Virus record (IMG/VR): IMGVR_UViG_3300028388_002189 | Span: 17,259-81,258 of that record | Strand: one strand, 5' to 3' | Origin: a virus | Length of the DNA stretch: 64,000 nucleotides | Shown here: positions 16,373 through 26,400 of the stretch, one piece after another | Numbering within the stretch: position 1 is the stretch's first letter | Layout: each line of letters begins with the position of its first letter | Translations under genes and position numbers: made by a program | The notes under the pieces: generated by a model | What the model saw: the letters and a program-made list of their open reading frames with translations, nothing else | Told to the model about the DNA's origin: nothing | Databases searched by the model: none

Positions 16373-17983
16373 TTACTCCACAACAATATAGTCAAGGTCA
16401 GCGGTTGAAGCTGACCCACTTTCAACAGTATATCTAGCAGATAAATATATCCGAGAAGCAGGACCTATTGTATATGTATAAGCACCATCATACGGGGTTT
16501 GTAATCCTGCCGAGGTATACAATCGAGTCCTGCCGTTGTTTTTACTGGAGCTTGCTCTTGCATCTGTTATTTTTAAAAATAAATCCGCTTGACTCTCGTT
16601 AACAATCTCCATCACTGCGCCGTTTAACCATGTAATCGGATAGTAAAAACCCGAAATAAATCCTGTAGTAACTAAAGGCAAGGTGATCGTTTTATTTGTC
16701 GCGCCGCTCTCATGTGCAAGGCGATAGTTCAATATATCACTCTCGCCTGCGATCGTTACATTCGCCGTGAGATCCGTATATTGTAAACCTGTAGCCTTTG
16801 GCACATCTCCGAAAGAGAGAGCACCGTTTCCACTTGTTTGTAGTATTTGATTCGCCGTTCCGTCTGAACTTGGGAATGTATAGGGGAGTGCTCTCATCGC
16901 AAGTTCTGTCGCATTATATGCGAAGACCTCACCCGTCTGTGTCAGCGTGCTTTCGTCAAGTTCTAGCTGTGGAATGATCACATACTCCCACTTATATGTG
17001 CCTGTCGCGATAAGCTCCACTAAGGCGGTACTGTTAATATCTCGCTCTGCGTTATATGTCCCGCTTGACGTGGTGGGGTCTAGGTTAGGTCCCGAGTTAA
17101 GAGAGTTTTCATAGAGCCTAAGAGTCCCCCCTCCCTTATTATAAATCTTGATCCTTTGACCTACTGTGAGCGTCTGGTCTGTAACGATTACGGACGCTCT
17201 AAAAATCTTGTCCGCCTCAGTCTCTACGATATAAAAAGTATCGACACTGTTCGCGTTAAAGTCATAAATGTCATCTCCAGCGTGTGTAGTATCTGCGAGT
17301 GTGATCGTCTCGACCGTCATCCCGCCGCCCACATCGGAAAACGTCACAGCACCCGCCCCGTCTGTGGTGAGTACCTGTCCTGCTGACCCGTCTCCTACAG
17401 GTAACGTATAAACACTCTCAGAACTCTTATTGTCAGTGTCGCCAATAAAGAACTTGCCTTCATCGAGGTTAGGCGTAGCAGCGGTACGTCCCGCACCTCC
17501 GACTTTTATAATACCTGCGCTACTGTGTTCTCTTACGATTTGACCTATATTTTGCAACTTAGCAGAACTACCCGCAGGTTTGTCGATTGTAATTTGTCCT
17601 GGTGTCGTCCCAATAAATACAGACCGACCAACAATAGACTCAACAGGGTTTGTTGTGTTCAATGAAGCGGTGTCAAGTCCTGTTAGGTTACCAAAACTAA
17701 CGACAAACACTTCGGCGCTTGCATTTGCTGCGCTTTCAGTTAAGCCAATCGCAGGGACAGTACCTGCCCCATCAGCATCAGCGAGTTTAACCTCTGGTAC
17801 ATCTCCACTTACGCCACTAATGTAAACAGCCTGTCCTTTTGACAGAGCGGTGGTTTCAGCATTTTTGCACTTAAACCTAAGAGATCCGTCCATCGCACCC
17901 ACAAACTGTGAAGCATGAATCGCCTCAAAAGGATTGTCTGCGGTTCTTAAGGTATCTTCTAGTTGTTTGCCTTTTATTCTCAT
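16373..17983 (-). CDS. fibre/decoration protein
   Basis: KGQAVYISG...AIGL cement-like domain; two YTLPxxDGxAxQVLxTxGxGxLxF linkers. Confidence 0.65.
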   Translation of the reverse strand: MRIKGKQLEDTLRTADNPFEAIHASQFVGAMDGSLRFKCKNAETTALSKGQAVYISGVSGDVPEVKLADADGAGTVPAIGLTESAANASAEVFVVSFGNLTGLDTASLNTTNPVESIVGRSVFIGTTPGQITIDKPAGSSAKLQNIGQIVREHSSAGIIKVGGAGRTAATPNLDEGKFFIGDTDNKSSESVYTLPVGDGSAGQVLTTDGAGAVTFSDVGGGMTVETITLADTTHAGDDIYDFNANSVDTFYIVETEADKIFRASVIVTDQTLTVGQRIKIYNKGGGTLRLYENSLNSGPNLDPTTSSGTYNAERDINSTALVELIATGTYKWEYVIIPQLELDESTLTQTGEVFAYNATELAMRALPYTFPSSDGTANQILQTSGNGALSFGDVPKATGLQYTDLTANVTIAGESDILNYRLAHESGATNKTITLPLVTTGFISGFYYPITWLNGAVMEIVNESQADLFLKITDARASSSKNNGRTRLYTSAGLQTPYDGAYTYTIGPASRIYLSARYTVESGSASTADLDYIVVE

Positions 17984-18003
17984 TTTAAGTCTCCATACAA
18001 GAA

Positions 18004-18035
18004 AGGGCGAGTCACCATATTGGTAGACCCGCCCT
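18004..18035 (-). terminator. Rho-independent terminator-like hairpin
   Basis: AGGGCG-GTC-ACCA/TGGT-GAC-CGCCCT stem followed by a T-rich tract on the minus strand. Confidence 0.55.
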
Positions 18036-18095
18036 AACTAGTCAATCATAAACAGTGTTTGTTAGATATGACTGCGCGTCACCTACAATACGTTA

Positions 18096-19433
18096 TTAGT
18101 TGATCTTTGCGTAAACAATATCAAGAACGTCTGTGTTGTCTAGCGCGTAAGCAGAAGCACCATTCCAGTAGAGATCGTCACCCGCAGTAATATCAGCGAT
18201 AGCGCGAGCGGTAACACCTGCGTCATTAGTGAAGTAGCAATCCTTAGTTTTAACTCCGTCACCAAGTTCTGCACCAATACCATTAACAAAGATACGAACT
18301 GCGCCGTCAGCCGCAGGAGTATGAGTAATGTTAATAGTAGTGTCGGTGTCGTCAGCAGAAACAGCACCGGGAGTCTGTCCAAGGTCATCGCTAGTCATAA
18401 CAGGAGCAGCTAGACCCGCAGCACCCTTGATCGCGATTGAACCTTCAGCATTAAGACTAACTTTAAGTCCGCTTTCGTCACTTGAGAGTGAAGAGTCTGC
18501 TTTCTTAACTTGTAACTCGTCACTGCTGATCTCAACACCACCTGTCGAAACGACTGCGACGTTTAGGGCACCAGCTGCTGAAGAAAGACCATTACCCGCG
18601 AGAGCGCTTGAGAAGTCTACAACAGACTCACGCTTAGTGCCACCGTCAGCGTCGATGAAGACTAGTTCGTCAGCCGCAACAGCGATGGTGCCATCATCAA
18701 GTTCAGACGCTTGGATCTTAAGACCAGAACCGCTAACTGCTAGACCCGAGTTCAAGTCGAGTGCGACAGAAAGTTCGTTAGCATCTTTTGATAGACCGTC
18801 GCCTGCTGTAATCTGACCTGCGCCCGAGAACTGAGTGAAGGTAAGTGCAGTGGTGTCGAGAGTGATGGTCTCATTAGTGGTGAGGACAAAGCCTTGGTCA
18901 CCATTAGAAGTACCTTCCTCGATGAAGCAAAATGCACCCGAAGAAATATCAGCGTCTGAGTTAAAGTCGTCTGCGCGTGTGAGTTCATATGCGCTAGTAC
19001 CGTCTACACCTACTTGAGTAACAGTATAGATACCATTCTCAGAAGCATCATTAGCAATGCCTTGGTCTTTAACAAGAACACGATCACCGCTTGATAGTGC
19101 AACGCCATCAATAGAGATTGCGCCGTTAGCAGTCGCGGTCAAAACACCGTTAGAATAGGTAACACCTAGTTCTGAAGTGGTTGCTGCGCGTACACTCTCT
19201 TTGATGTCGAGCGCCTGTTTTACACTGTCAACGTAACCCTTGTTAGCTGCGTGACTTGCCTGTGTAGGCGTAGCGACAGAAACAGTACTACTAGACAGAT
19301 CAAAGTCAGTAGTGAGATCGAGTTTACTTGAAGGGATAGAACCTGCAAGTTTTGCTGCCTCGATGGTCGCGTCAGCGATTTTAGCATTGACGATCGTACC
19401 GTCAGCAAGTTGTTTTCCTTTAATAAAAGCCAT
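18096..19433 (-). CDS. structural fibre/decoration protein
   Basis: HAANKGYVD, KESVRAATT, GDRVLVKDQ..ENGIY, LTRADD, FTQFSGAGQITAGDGL are typical phage fibre modules. Confidence 0.75.
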   Translation of the reverse strand: MAFIKGKQLADGTIVNAKIADATIEAAKLAGSIPSSKLDLTTDFDLSSSTVSVATPTQASHAANKGYVDSVKQALDIKESVRAATTSELGVTYSNGVLTATANGAISIDGVALSSGDRVLVKDQGIANDASENGIYTVTQVGVDGTSAYELTRADDFNSDADISSGAFCFIEEGTSNGDQGFVLTTNETITLDTTALTFTQFSGAGQITAGDGLSKDANELSVALDLNSGLAVSGSGLKIQASELDDGTIAVAADELVFIDADGGTKRESVVDFSSALAGNGLSSAAGALNVAVVSTGGVEISSDELQVKKADSSLSSDESGLKVSLNAEGSIAIKGAAGLAAPVMTSDDLGQTPGAVSADDTDTTINITHTPAADGAVRIFVNGIGAELGDGVKTKDCYFTNDAGVTARAIADITAGDDLYWNGASAYALDNTDVLDIVYAKIN

Positions 19434-19475
19434 TTTAGACTCCTTTATAGTTCAACGTTAAGTAAAAAAGTTTTG

Positions 19476-22322
19476 TTAATAAGTAAAGTCGGTGACCAAG
19501 TGCCAAGATCTGTTATCTAAGGCGACAAAAGTATAACGCTTATACTTAGTTAATGTGTAGGTAGCGGGACCATCTATGCGTGCGCCTTGAAGTCCGTACA
19601 CCCGTACACCCGTAGGAATAGACAATTGACTATTATTTTGCCCACCACTTAGTATAAAACTAAATACAAATCTATAGCTGTAGTAATCTGGATTTAGTAA
19701 ATCATTATGCTCCGATTGAGTGGGCAATGTAACAGATACCCCACTAGGAACATTATACAAAAGAAAAGTTGTATTTTGACCGTTCCAAATACTTGCAGTC
19801 AAAGCACCAGAAATTGGAGTGAAAGGAGAAGCGCCTCCTCCACCTGCTTGGTCTACCCAACTTAAAGCGCCACTACCATCAGTCTTGAGGACTTGGTCGG
19901 GAGCGCCTGCATCATCTGGCAAAGTAAGTGTATAGTTTGCTTCAGCATCATGAGCAGGACCTTGAATAGTTACGCCATGACTGTTTTGCTCACAGTTAAG
20001 TTTAATAGCACCGCTAGTAGTAGTGCCCTTTACAGTTAGTAAGTTGTCCTCTTGTAAGTTTATGCTAGATTCGGAAACAATCCATTCGTTGTTCCCGATA
20101 TATGTAAACTTATATAGTACGTTATTATGCACTCTATATCTAAGACTTACTACTTCATAGTAAGAAGAGTTTGTAGTGACAAACTCAGAGCCATTTGGAA
20201 AGATGAATTTGCTATTAGGTAAAGCAAAAATTGCTTTATAAGTAAAAGATGCACTATAGACTGAAATAAAGTTATAGGAGTCACCAACTACAAGATCATT
20301 TGTATTGTCGGGTAAATATATTCTTGGCAGATAATTGCCGTCCAAGATAAATAGAGAGTCTTTATTTGCTAACCAGTCAGCATATTGAAGATAGTTAACT
20401 GCGCTATCAGAAAGAGCATTCCTAATAATCTTGGGGAAAGAAGACCAAGAAGTACCATCATAGAAAAGTCTATCTTCAGTGCTAGGGTTAGCAGCATCTA
20501 CATCTGATAAGTCACCTAATGCTATATTAGCGGCTGTAGAACTAACAGGCTCTGGTCTCCAATAACCGCCATCAGAATCTTCATAAGTAAGAACATATCC
20601 ATCGGTGAGAGTAGCACTGGTTGCATATAGGTCTACATCTGAAAGAGAAGTTAGATTCATGCTTACAGTACCATTAATACTAGAACCATCACTTAGCTGA
20701 GTCGCGACTGTATTGTTACTAATGGCTAGAGTAGTAACTGAAGCGCCTGCTGCACCTGCGGGACCTTGCGCACCATCTGCACCATTGATACCGTTAGCAC
20801 CCGCCTCACCTTGAATACCTTGCGGACCTTGTGGTCCAACCTCGCCCTGTAGTCCTTGTGGACCTTGTGGTCCTTGTTCGCCTTGGAGACCTTGTGGTCC
20901 TTGTGGTCCAACCTCGCCCTGTGGACCTTGTGGACCAACCGCACCGTCAGCACCCGCAGGACCTTGGGGACCTTGTATTGATCCACCACTAACAAAGCTA
21001 GTACCGTCATGAATGTGTAAACTGTCATCTGCTTGTACTAAATAAGCGTCCCCTTGTGACGCTTGTGCAGGTAAGTCATTTACGGTTGCAACGCTACCTT
21101 GGAAAGTTACACCACTTCCCGCAACACCTTGGATACCCTGTGGACCGACTTCGCCCTGTGGACCTTGTGGACCAACCGCACCCTGTGGTCCTGCTTCGCC
21201 TTGTGGTCCTTGTGGACCTGCGGAACCTTGAAGACCTTGAATCCCCTGCTCACCTTGTGGACCTGCTTCGCCTTGTGGTCCTTGTGGACCTGCGGGACCT
21301 ACTTCACCTTGTGGACCTTGTGGACCAACCGCGCCATCAGCGCCATCAGCACCAGAAAGACCCTGTGGTCCTTGAATACCTTGGATACCTTGTAGACCTT
21401 GCTCACCTTGTGGTCCTTGTTCACCCTGTGGACCTTGTGGTCCTTGTGGACCTTGTGGTCCTTGTGGACCTTGCTCACCTTGTGGTCCTTGTGGTCCTGC
21501 CACAGCATTGGTAAAGGTCGCGGATGCAATCAAAACTTCTGGAGCTACGTCCTCTTTGGTTGCAATCGTCTTAGTCTCTAAGTCTTTTACAAACTGTAGG
21601 GAATCGCCGTTTACAGAGAGCGCAGCATCGCCAATGTAAAGAGTGTTTCCGCTCATATATAAGTCACGGATCTTATTAGCAGGTGAACCGATGTCATACT
21701 GACTGTCTAGGGTAGGCACTAGGTGGTTGTTAGCCACACTCCAGTTAGTAGCGTTAAACCCTCCTACTCCATCAGCAACTTGAACGGTACCTTGAGCTCC
21801 ATTACTGTCACTTCCGCCTCCACCTGTAGAAGCAATCGTTACGCCGTTAGCATTAGAGGTAATGGTGACATTATCTCCCGCATTAAGGAACTTGTTAACA
21901 AAGTCGCCGTTGCCATCTCGGACTAGAACTTGCCCCGCTTGTGGACCTGCTAGAGACACGTCATTAAGGTCGTTTAGGTTAGCAACTTCTCCGCTACCAG
22001 GTACACTTCCGTAAATGGTTTTAGGAGAGTACCAAACGATCAGTTCTTCGCCTGCCTCAAGAGGGATAGCACTAATCCAAGTGATCACACTTCCATCAAG
22101 AGTAAAGTCTTCGCCGTATACAGAAGCGGTACTGTTAAAGGTGACTTGAAGCACGAAGTCGCCATCTCGATCTACGGCAACCTCTTGACCAATGTCAAAA
22201 GTATTAACCACAGGATCGGGTACTGTAAAAGTAACCTTCTCCCAAGTCGCCTCTACAGGTACTGAGATCGGGTTCTCATAGACTTCAACATTTGTAATAT
22301 TTGGGTATACGTCAACTTTCAT
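19476..22322 (-). CDS. collagen-like tail fibre protein
   Basis: two Gly-X-Y tracts (about 42 and 26 triplets), LNDLNDV repeats, YDIGS..IRDLY, variable C-terminal domains. Confidence 0.85.
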   Translation of the reverse strand: MKVDVYPNITNVEVYENPISVPVEATWEKVTFTVPDPVVNTFDIGQEVAVDRDGDFVLQVTFNSTASVYGEDFTLDGSVITWISAIPLEAGEELIVWYSPKTIYGSVPGSGEVANLNDLNDVSLAGPQAGQVLVRDGNGDFVNKFLNAGDNVTITSNANGVTIASTGGGGSDSNGAQGTVQVADGVGGFNATNWSVANNHLVPTLDSQYDIGSPANKIRDLYMSGNTLYIGDAALSVNGDSLQFVKDLETKTIATKEDVAPEVLIASATFTNAVAGPQGPQGEQGPQGPQGPQGPQGPQGEQGPQGEQGLQGIQGIQGPQGLSGADGADGAVGPQGPQGEVGPAGPQGPQGEAGPQGEQGIQGLQGSAGPQGPQGEAGPQGAVGPQGPQGEVGPQGIQGVAGSGVTFQGSVATVNDLPAQASQGDAYLVQADDSLHIHDGTSFVSGGSIQGPQGPAGADGAVGPQGPQGEVGPQGPQGLQGEQGPQGPQGLQGEVGPQGPQGIQGEAGANGINGADGAQGPAGAAGASVTTLAISNNTVATQLSDGSSINGTVSMNLTSLSDVDLYATSATLTDGYVLTYEDSDGGYWRPEPVSSTAANIALGDLSDVDAANPSTEDRLFYDGTSWSSFPKIIRNALSDSAVNYLQYADWLANKDSLFILDGNYLPRIYLPDNTNDLVVGDSYNFISVYSASFTYKAIFALPNSKFIFPNGSEFVTTNSSYYEVVSLRYRVHNNVLYKFTYIGNNEWIVSESSINLQEDNLLTVKGTTTSGAIKLNCEQNSHGVTIQGPAHDAEANYTLTLPDDAGAPDQVLKTDGSGALSWVDQAGGGGASPFTPISGALTASIWNGQNTTFLLYNVPSGVSVTLPTQSEHNDLLNPDYYSYRFVFSFILSGGQNNSQLSIPTGVRVYGLQGARIDGPATYTLTKYKRYTFVALDNRSWHLVTDFTY
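20739..21497 (-). repeat. collagen-coding 9-nt-period repeats (21120-21497 and 20739-20972)
   Basis: ccttgtgg(a/t) repeats encoding GPQ/GEQ triplets. Confidence 0.9.
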
Positions 22323-22672
22323 CGTGTCACTTCTCCTTCGATCCTACAGCGTCCCTTTAGTAACTTAGTTCTTACACCTTCGGGTGAGGTGACCTCTAAG
22401 TCATAAACCGCAACAGATGGCGGCAAGTTTTCTGTTTGTTCATAACCAATCGTTAAGTTGATTGCGCCTTGGTTCTCGTAGATCTGGATCTGATCTGAAT
22501 CTTCACTAGATAGTTCTAGTAAGACTACACTTGCGCCCGTCGATGCCCTAATCTGCATTTTAGCAGAATAGTTCACCAACGGTATAGGTCTGTTTGCGCT
22601 ATTCTTCCAATAGAGAGCTAACTTATAGGTAGAACCTTGCTCAATCGTAATATTATAAATGCCAGAGATCAT
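22319..22672 (-). CDS. BppU-like/adaptor structural protein
   Basis: [32 protein letters not shown]. Confidence 0.65.
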   Translation of the reverse strand: MISGIYNITIEQGSTYKLALYWKNSANRPIPLVNYSAKMQIRASTGASVVLLELSSEDSDQIQIYENQGAINLTIGYEQTENLPPSVAVYDLEVTSPEGVRTKLLKGRCRIEGEVTR

Positions 22673-22932
22673 TATTCACCCTCCAAACACATATTAAGAG
22701 CACTACCGAGTCTACGCTCCATGTCCATCCGTTCTACCATCCAACCCTTAGACACAGTGAAAGTCCCATCGGGGTTCTCCACTATGTCTGAGTTTTCAAC
22801 AACTATTACAGGGTCACTTTCTAGATCGGGTCTTGGCTTTAAGCAGCAAGCGCTCAAGAGAAGCGTCATGGCGCTTCCAAGAAGCGTCAACTTGAACAGT
22901 GCTTTTAGCCCTATACAGTTTCTTAACTTCAT
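22672..22932 (-). CDS. lipoprotein, putative o-spanin
   Basis: signal peptide with lipobox LLSA-C, C-terminal Cys; overlaps an upstream TM ORF; follows the holin. Confidence 0.6.
   Translation of the reverse strand: MKLRNCIGLKALFKLTLLGSAMTLLLSACCLKPRPDLESDPVIVVENSDIVENPDGTFTVSKGWMVERMDMERRLGSALNMCLEGE
22793..22804 (+). repeat. genome-wide motif, copy 5 (VVEN register)
   Basis: AGTTTTCAACAACT. Confidence 0.9.
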
Positions 22933-23032
22933 TCGTGTCTCTCCTCGGCATAGTTGGCTTCATTCTATCAGATAAAGCCTCCATTATAATAGGGATTATT
23001 GCCGAGAGGAGTGCAGTAAATACAGTGATCAA
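22814..23032 (-). CDS. putative i-spanin (N-terminal TM, basic tail)
   Basis: 72 aa, hydrophobic N-terminus, 119-nt out-of-frame overlap with the lipoprotein gene. Confidence 0.5.
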   Translation of the reverse strand: MITVFTALLSAIIPIIMEALSDRMKPTMPRRDTNEVKKLYRAKSTVQVDASWKRHDASLERLLLKAKTRSRK

Positions 23033-23397
23033 ACGTCTAAACCCTTGTCGCCGCTAGAACCGACACCCTTAATAGATCCTAGTTCTTCGTCGATAAGATT
23101 ATCGAGTTCGTCTGAAGTAAGGTCGGGGAACATTGCCTTAATACGACCATGTACCCAAAGCGCCTTCTCTGCTCCTTCAACTGAACGCTCTTCGATCTTT
23201 GCTTTACGGTGCGCCCACTCTTCAGCGCCAGAGATCGCTTTACGGATCGCGAGACGCATGAGAATTTGGTGCTCCTCGTTAAGCTGAATCTTGTAACGCT
23301 TAGTAAGCAAAGATACGCCGTAAGTAGCAAGCGCGGTTAATAGAGCTCCCAAGACAGGAAGTACTTCTTTAATAATGTGCTGTGCGATCTCTTCCAT
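23029..23397 (-). CDS. holin (LL-H-like)
   Basis: single N-terminal TM, AISGAEE, GAEKAL, LDNLIDE. Confidence 0.65.
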   Translation of the reverse strand: MEEIAQHIIKEVLPVLGALLTALATYGVSLLTKRYKIQLNEEHQILMRLAIRKAISGAEEWAHRKAKIEERSVEGAEKALWVHGRIKAMFPDLTSDELDNLIDEELGSIKGVGSSGDKGLDV

Positions 23398-23408
23398 CGT
23401 CAGCCTCC

Positions 23409-26400
23409 TTATTTAGTGCTAGGAATAGAGTAAGTGTTGATAGGATCATCATCACTGTTCATCGTGACGCCATAGTGAACGTTGCTTTGAGCAGTTGAGT
23501 TTGTTCGCTCTGAAGGTCGGTTGATCTCCAAAGTCGCTGTTAAGTGACAACCCGCAACAGGTGGAATATTCTCAATGGAAACTTCGTCGTTCGTATCGAA
23601 CATCTTAGCTCCATAGTGACCTGTATATAAAACGAATACTAACTCATGATCGCCTGGTAGAGTTAGTTCATTAGCTGTAGGCATCATAGATTGGAAAGAT
23701 AACCCTGTAACAGAGTCTACTTCATCTAAGTTGTGTACGTCTGGAGAACTATGAATCGCTTGCAGTTCACTTAAGATATCTACCTCGATACCAGAGTTCT
23801 TTTCTAAGAGATCATGCTCACGAAGTGGATTGTCTGCCCCTAATACAAATTCATTTAGCGCATAATCAAATGGGTCAGCAGCATATGTGTCACCCATTGA
23901 AGCGGTCTTTACAATCGCATTAGAATAATCAAGAGAAGTCGTCTCTGAGTTTGGATAGTAAGTAAAGCCTTCACTTGTCGGTCCACCCGTAGAATCACTC
24001 ACCATTGGGTATAAGTGGTCTATCTGATTCTTGTTTGGGAAGTTTGCTTGAGTAGCAGGATGCGTAGACATTAAGTGAATAAATGGCTTCTTTGTTGGAC
24101 CACTTGGTGTAAAGTTTAACTGCTTGTTACCATTACTAATACGGTCTTTGACAAGGAACATCTCTGTTAAACTCTTAGGCGCAGTAGATGCCCCTTGGTT
24201 TACAGAACCCGATGGTCTTGCATGAAGAACTCGGAAAGAACAGTTCCACATTAACTTCTGCTGTAGTCCCATATTCGCAATAGAACTGAAACTGACAAAT
24301 AGACCCGTCGAAGGAGGGTTAGCCACTGCGATTTCAAAGTAATCTCGCGCACAAACACCTCCGTTGGGAACAAGACCGCTGTTGTCCACAGGTACACCAA
24401 AAGCCAAAGGACTAATAAACCCTTTTCGATTACTAAACCCGCCTAGCGCTGTCCCCGTATCACCCACAAATAAGGTGTCTAATGGGTTATCGGGACCAAC
24501 ACCTGGCACTTGGTTACTAGGAGCAGCGCTAATAGGCATTGTGAATGAATAGTCGCTGCTGAGAGTGACCGTCTCTAAACCTGTTTCAAAAGAGGTTCTA
24601 ACAAGATCAACAATCCCCGAAACAGTGTTTGTAGAGATAGAAGCTCTCAAAACGGGGGTAGACCAAGAAGAATATTCTCTTTGGAAAGCAAATGGCAACT
24701 CCGCCGCGCCCCCAGCTTCCAACTCATAGTATGTTGACTTTTCATCGTATGGGAAGTTGTCCTCTTCTAACGAAGAAACGTCATTCCATTGTGAAAATAA
24801 TGAGTCCGTCATCAAAGGATTAAATCCGACATCTAACTCGGTAGCAGAACCTGTCTGTTGTGCATAAACTCTACCCGCAGGTATGAAAACAGGCGTAGGG
24901 GTCAAAGGATCGCTATGAGTGCCAATTGCTGGGAATGTTATTTGGTTATTCCTAACAGTAATAGAACCCGTATCTGCACTATAACTTGTCGTACCTGTAT
25001 CGCTAGAAGGATTAGTACCATGATAAGGGTAAGGGATTATGGGAGAACCGTCTACCAAACCTGTTGCGTCGGTCTCGTTGCTAATATCTACGGTAAAGCC
25101 TTGTTTTACATCAGACTCTGAAGAGTCTCCAATCCTAGTCGGGAAAGTTTCATAATTGTTTTCCCTAGTTATAGGGAAAACGTGTGACTGGACGCTGTCA
25201 TCATATAATCTTTTTTCAAAGATAGAGGGAACAAGTGCAGGAACAATCAAGGACCTTCGACCAAACTTAGGATATACCGTTATGTCGTAGTCTAAATTGT
25301 CGCTGTTGGTATATTTTGTATTAGTCCCATCGGGATGTGGCGCTTTGATCTTGTGCATCATTGGGTGGTACCAATGAACAAAAGGCTGCTTATAGTGCTC
25401 AAAAGGTAAGTTAAGTGGGTCTACATCGCCCACTGATCTTGATTGGTAGTCTCCGCCTTCTGATAAAGAAGGAGAACTATCTTGAATCAAAGGCTGGTTA
25501 GAACCATTTACCAACTTCTGCGTATCACCAAGTCCGTGAGATACTTTTAGGAGAGCTTCGATACCTTCAGCAAAAGATATCGAGTTCTCAAGGATTGAGT
25601 GTTGGTGCTTAGGCATGGTCATCCAGTGCGCAAGACTGAGCGGCTCTACCTTCATGAACAAGTTCATAGAGTCTACAAGTAGATTCCGAGGTACTCCTCT
25701 GCTGTCAAGCTCTCCTGGGTAGAAGTCCCCTACATGATAACGAAGTCTCATTGCAGTACATCGGTTCTGCCAAAGATCATTAACAACAGTTAGAGGGTCG
25801 CCATTAGAGGTGAAGTTAGCGGAGTTAACAATATCAAGCTGATTGAACCTATTCCAAGGACCATAGTTTTTGTTAACCGTTCTATCTTGATTAGAAATAC
25901 CCGTAAATCCTTTAACACCTCCTGTTGGTTGATAGTTACTCAATAAAGGTTTTACGGAAAACTCAGTTAAGTTGGTTGGTATAAAGTTAGAAGGCAGATA
26001 GTCAGAATCCGACTCATCTGTTCTCCCAACAGCACTATAAGAGTCTATAAATAGGTTACCACTATAGTCCCTTGTTTGATCGTCGGGGATCATAAGTGCC
26101 GAAGTAATTGCATCTTGAGGTCTTACTGCACCAATATCAGAGTTAATCTGAGCGGGTTGCTCACTAATCGTAAACAAGTCCATGCTCTTATGTGCGGTAG
26201 TCTTGATCGCCAATTTACGGAAGTTAATACCTTGTTGGAAGGCAGTCGCTTGCGCCATACCTTCTTCCCACCCACGAAGAGTCAAGTCACTCTTGTTTGT
26301 AACAGGGTCAACAAGTTTACTGTCTTCTTTCTTGTATAGACTCCAACCCAAGTCTTCGTCGTAAACGTTTACAGTGTGCGAACTTCTGTTACCTTTGTCT

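Noticed and set aside
20726-21581. Several overlapping ORFs (VDLVVL, LWTLWS, HKDHKV repeats)
   Set aside because: Alternative-frame and antisense shadows of the collagen repeat
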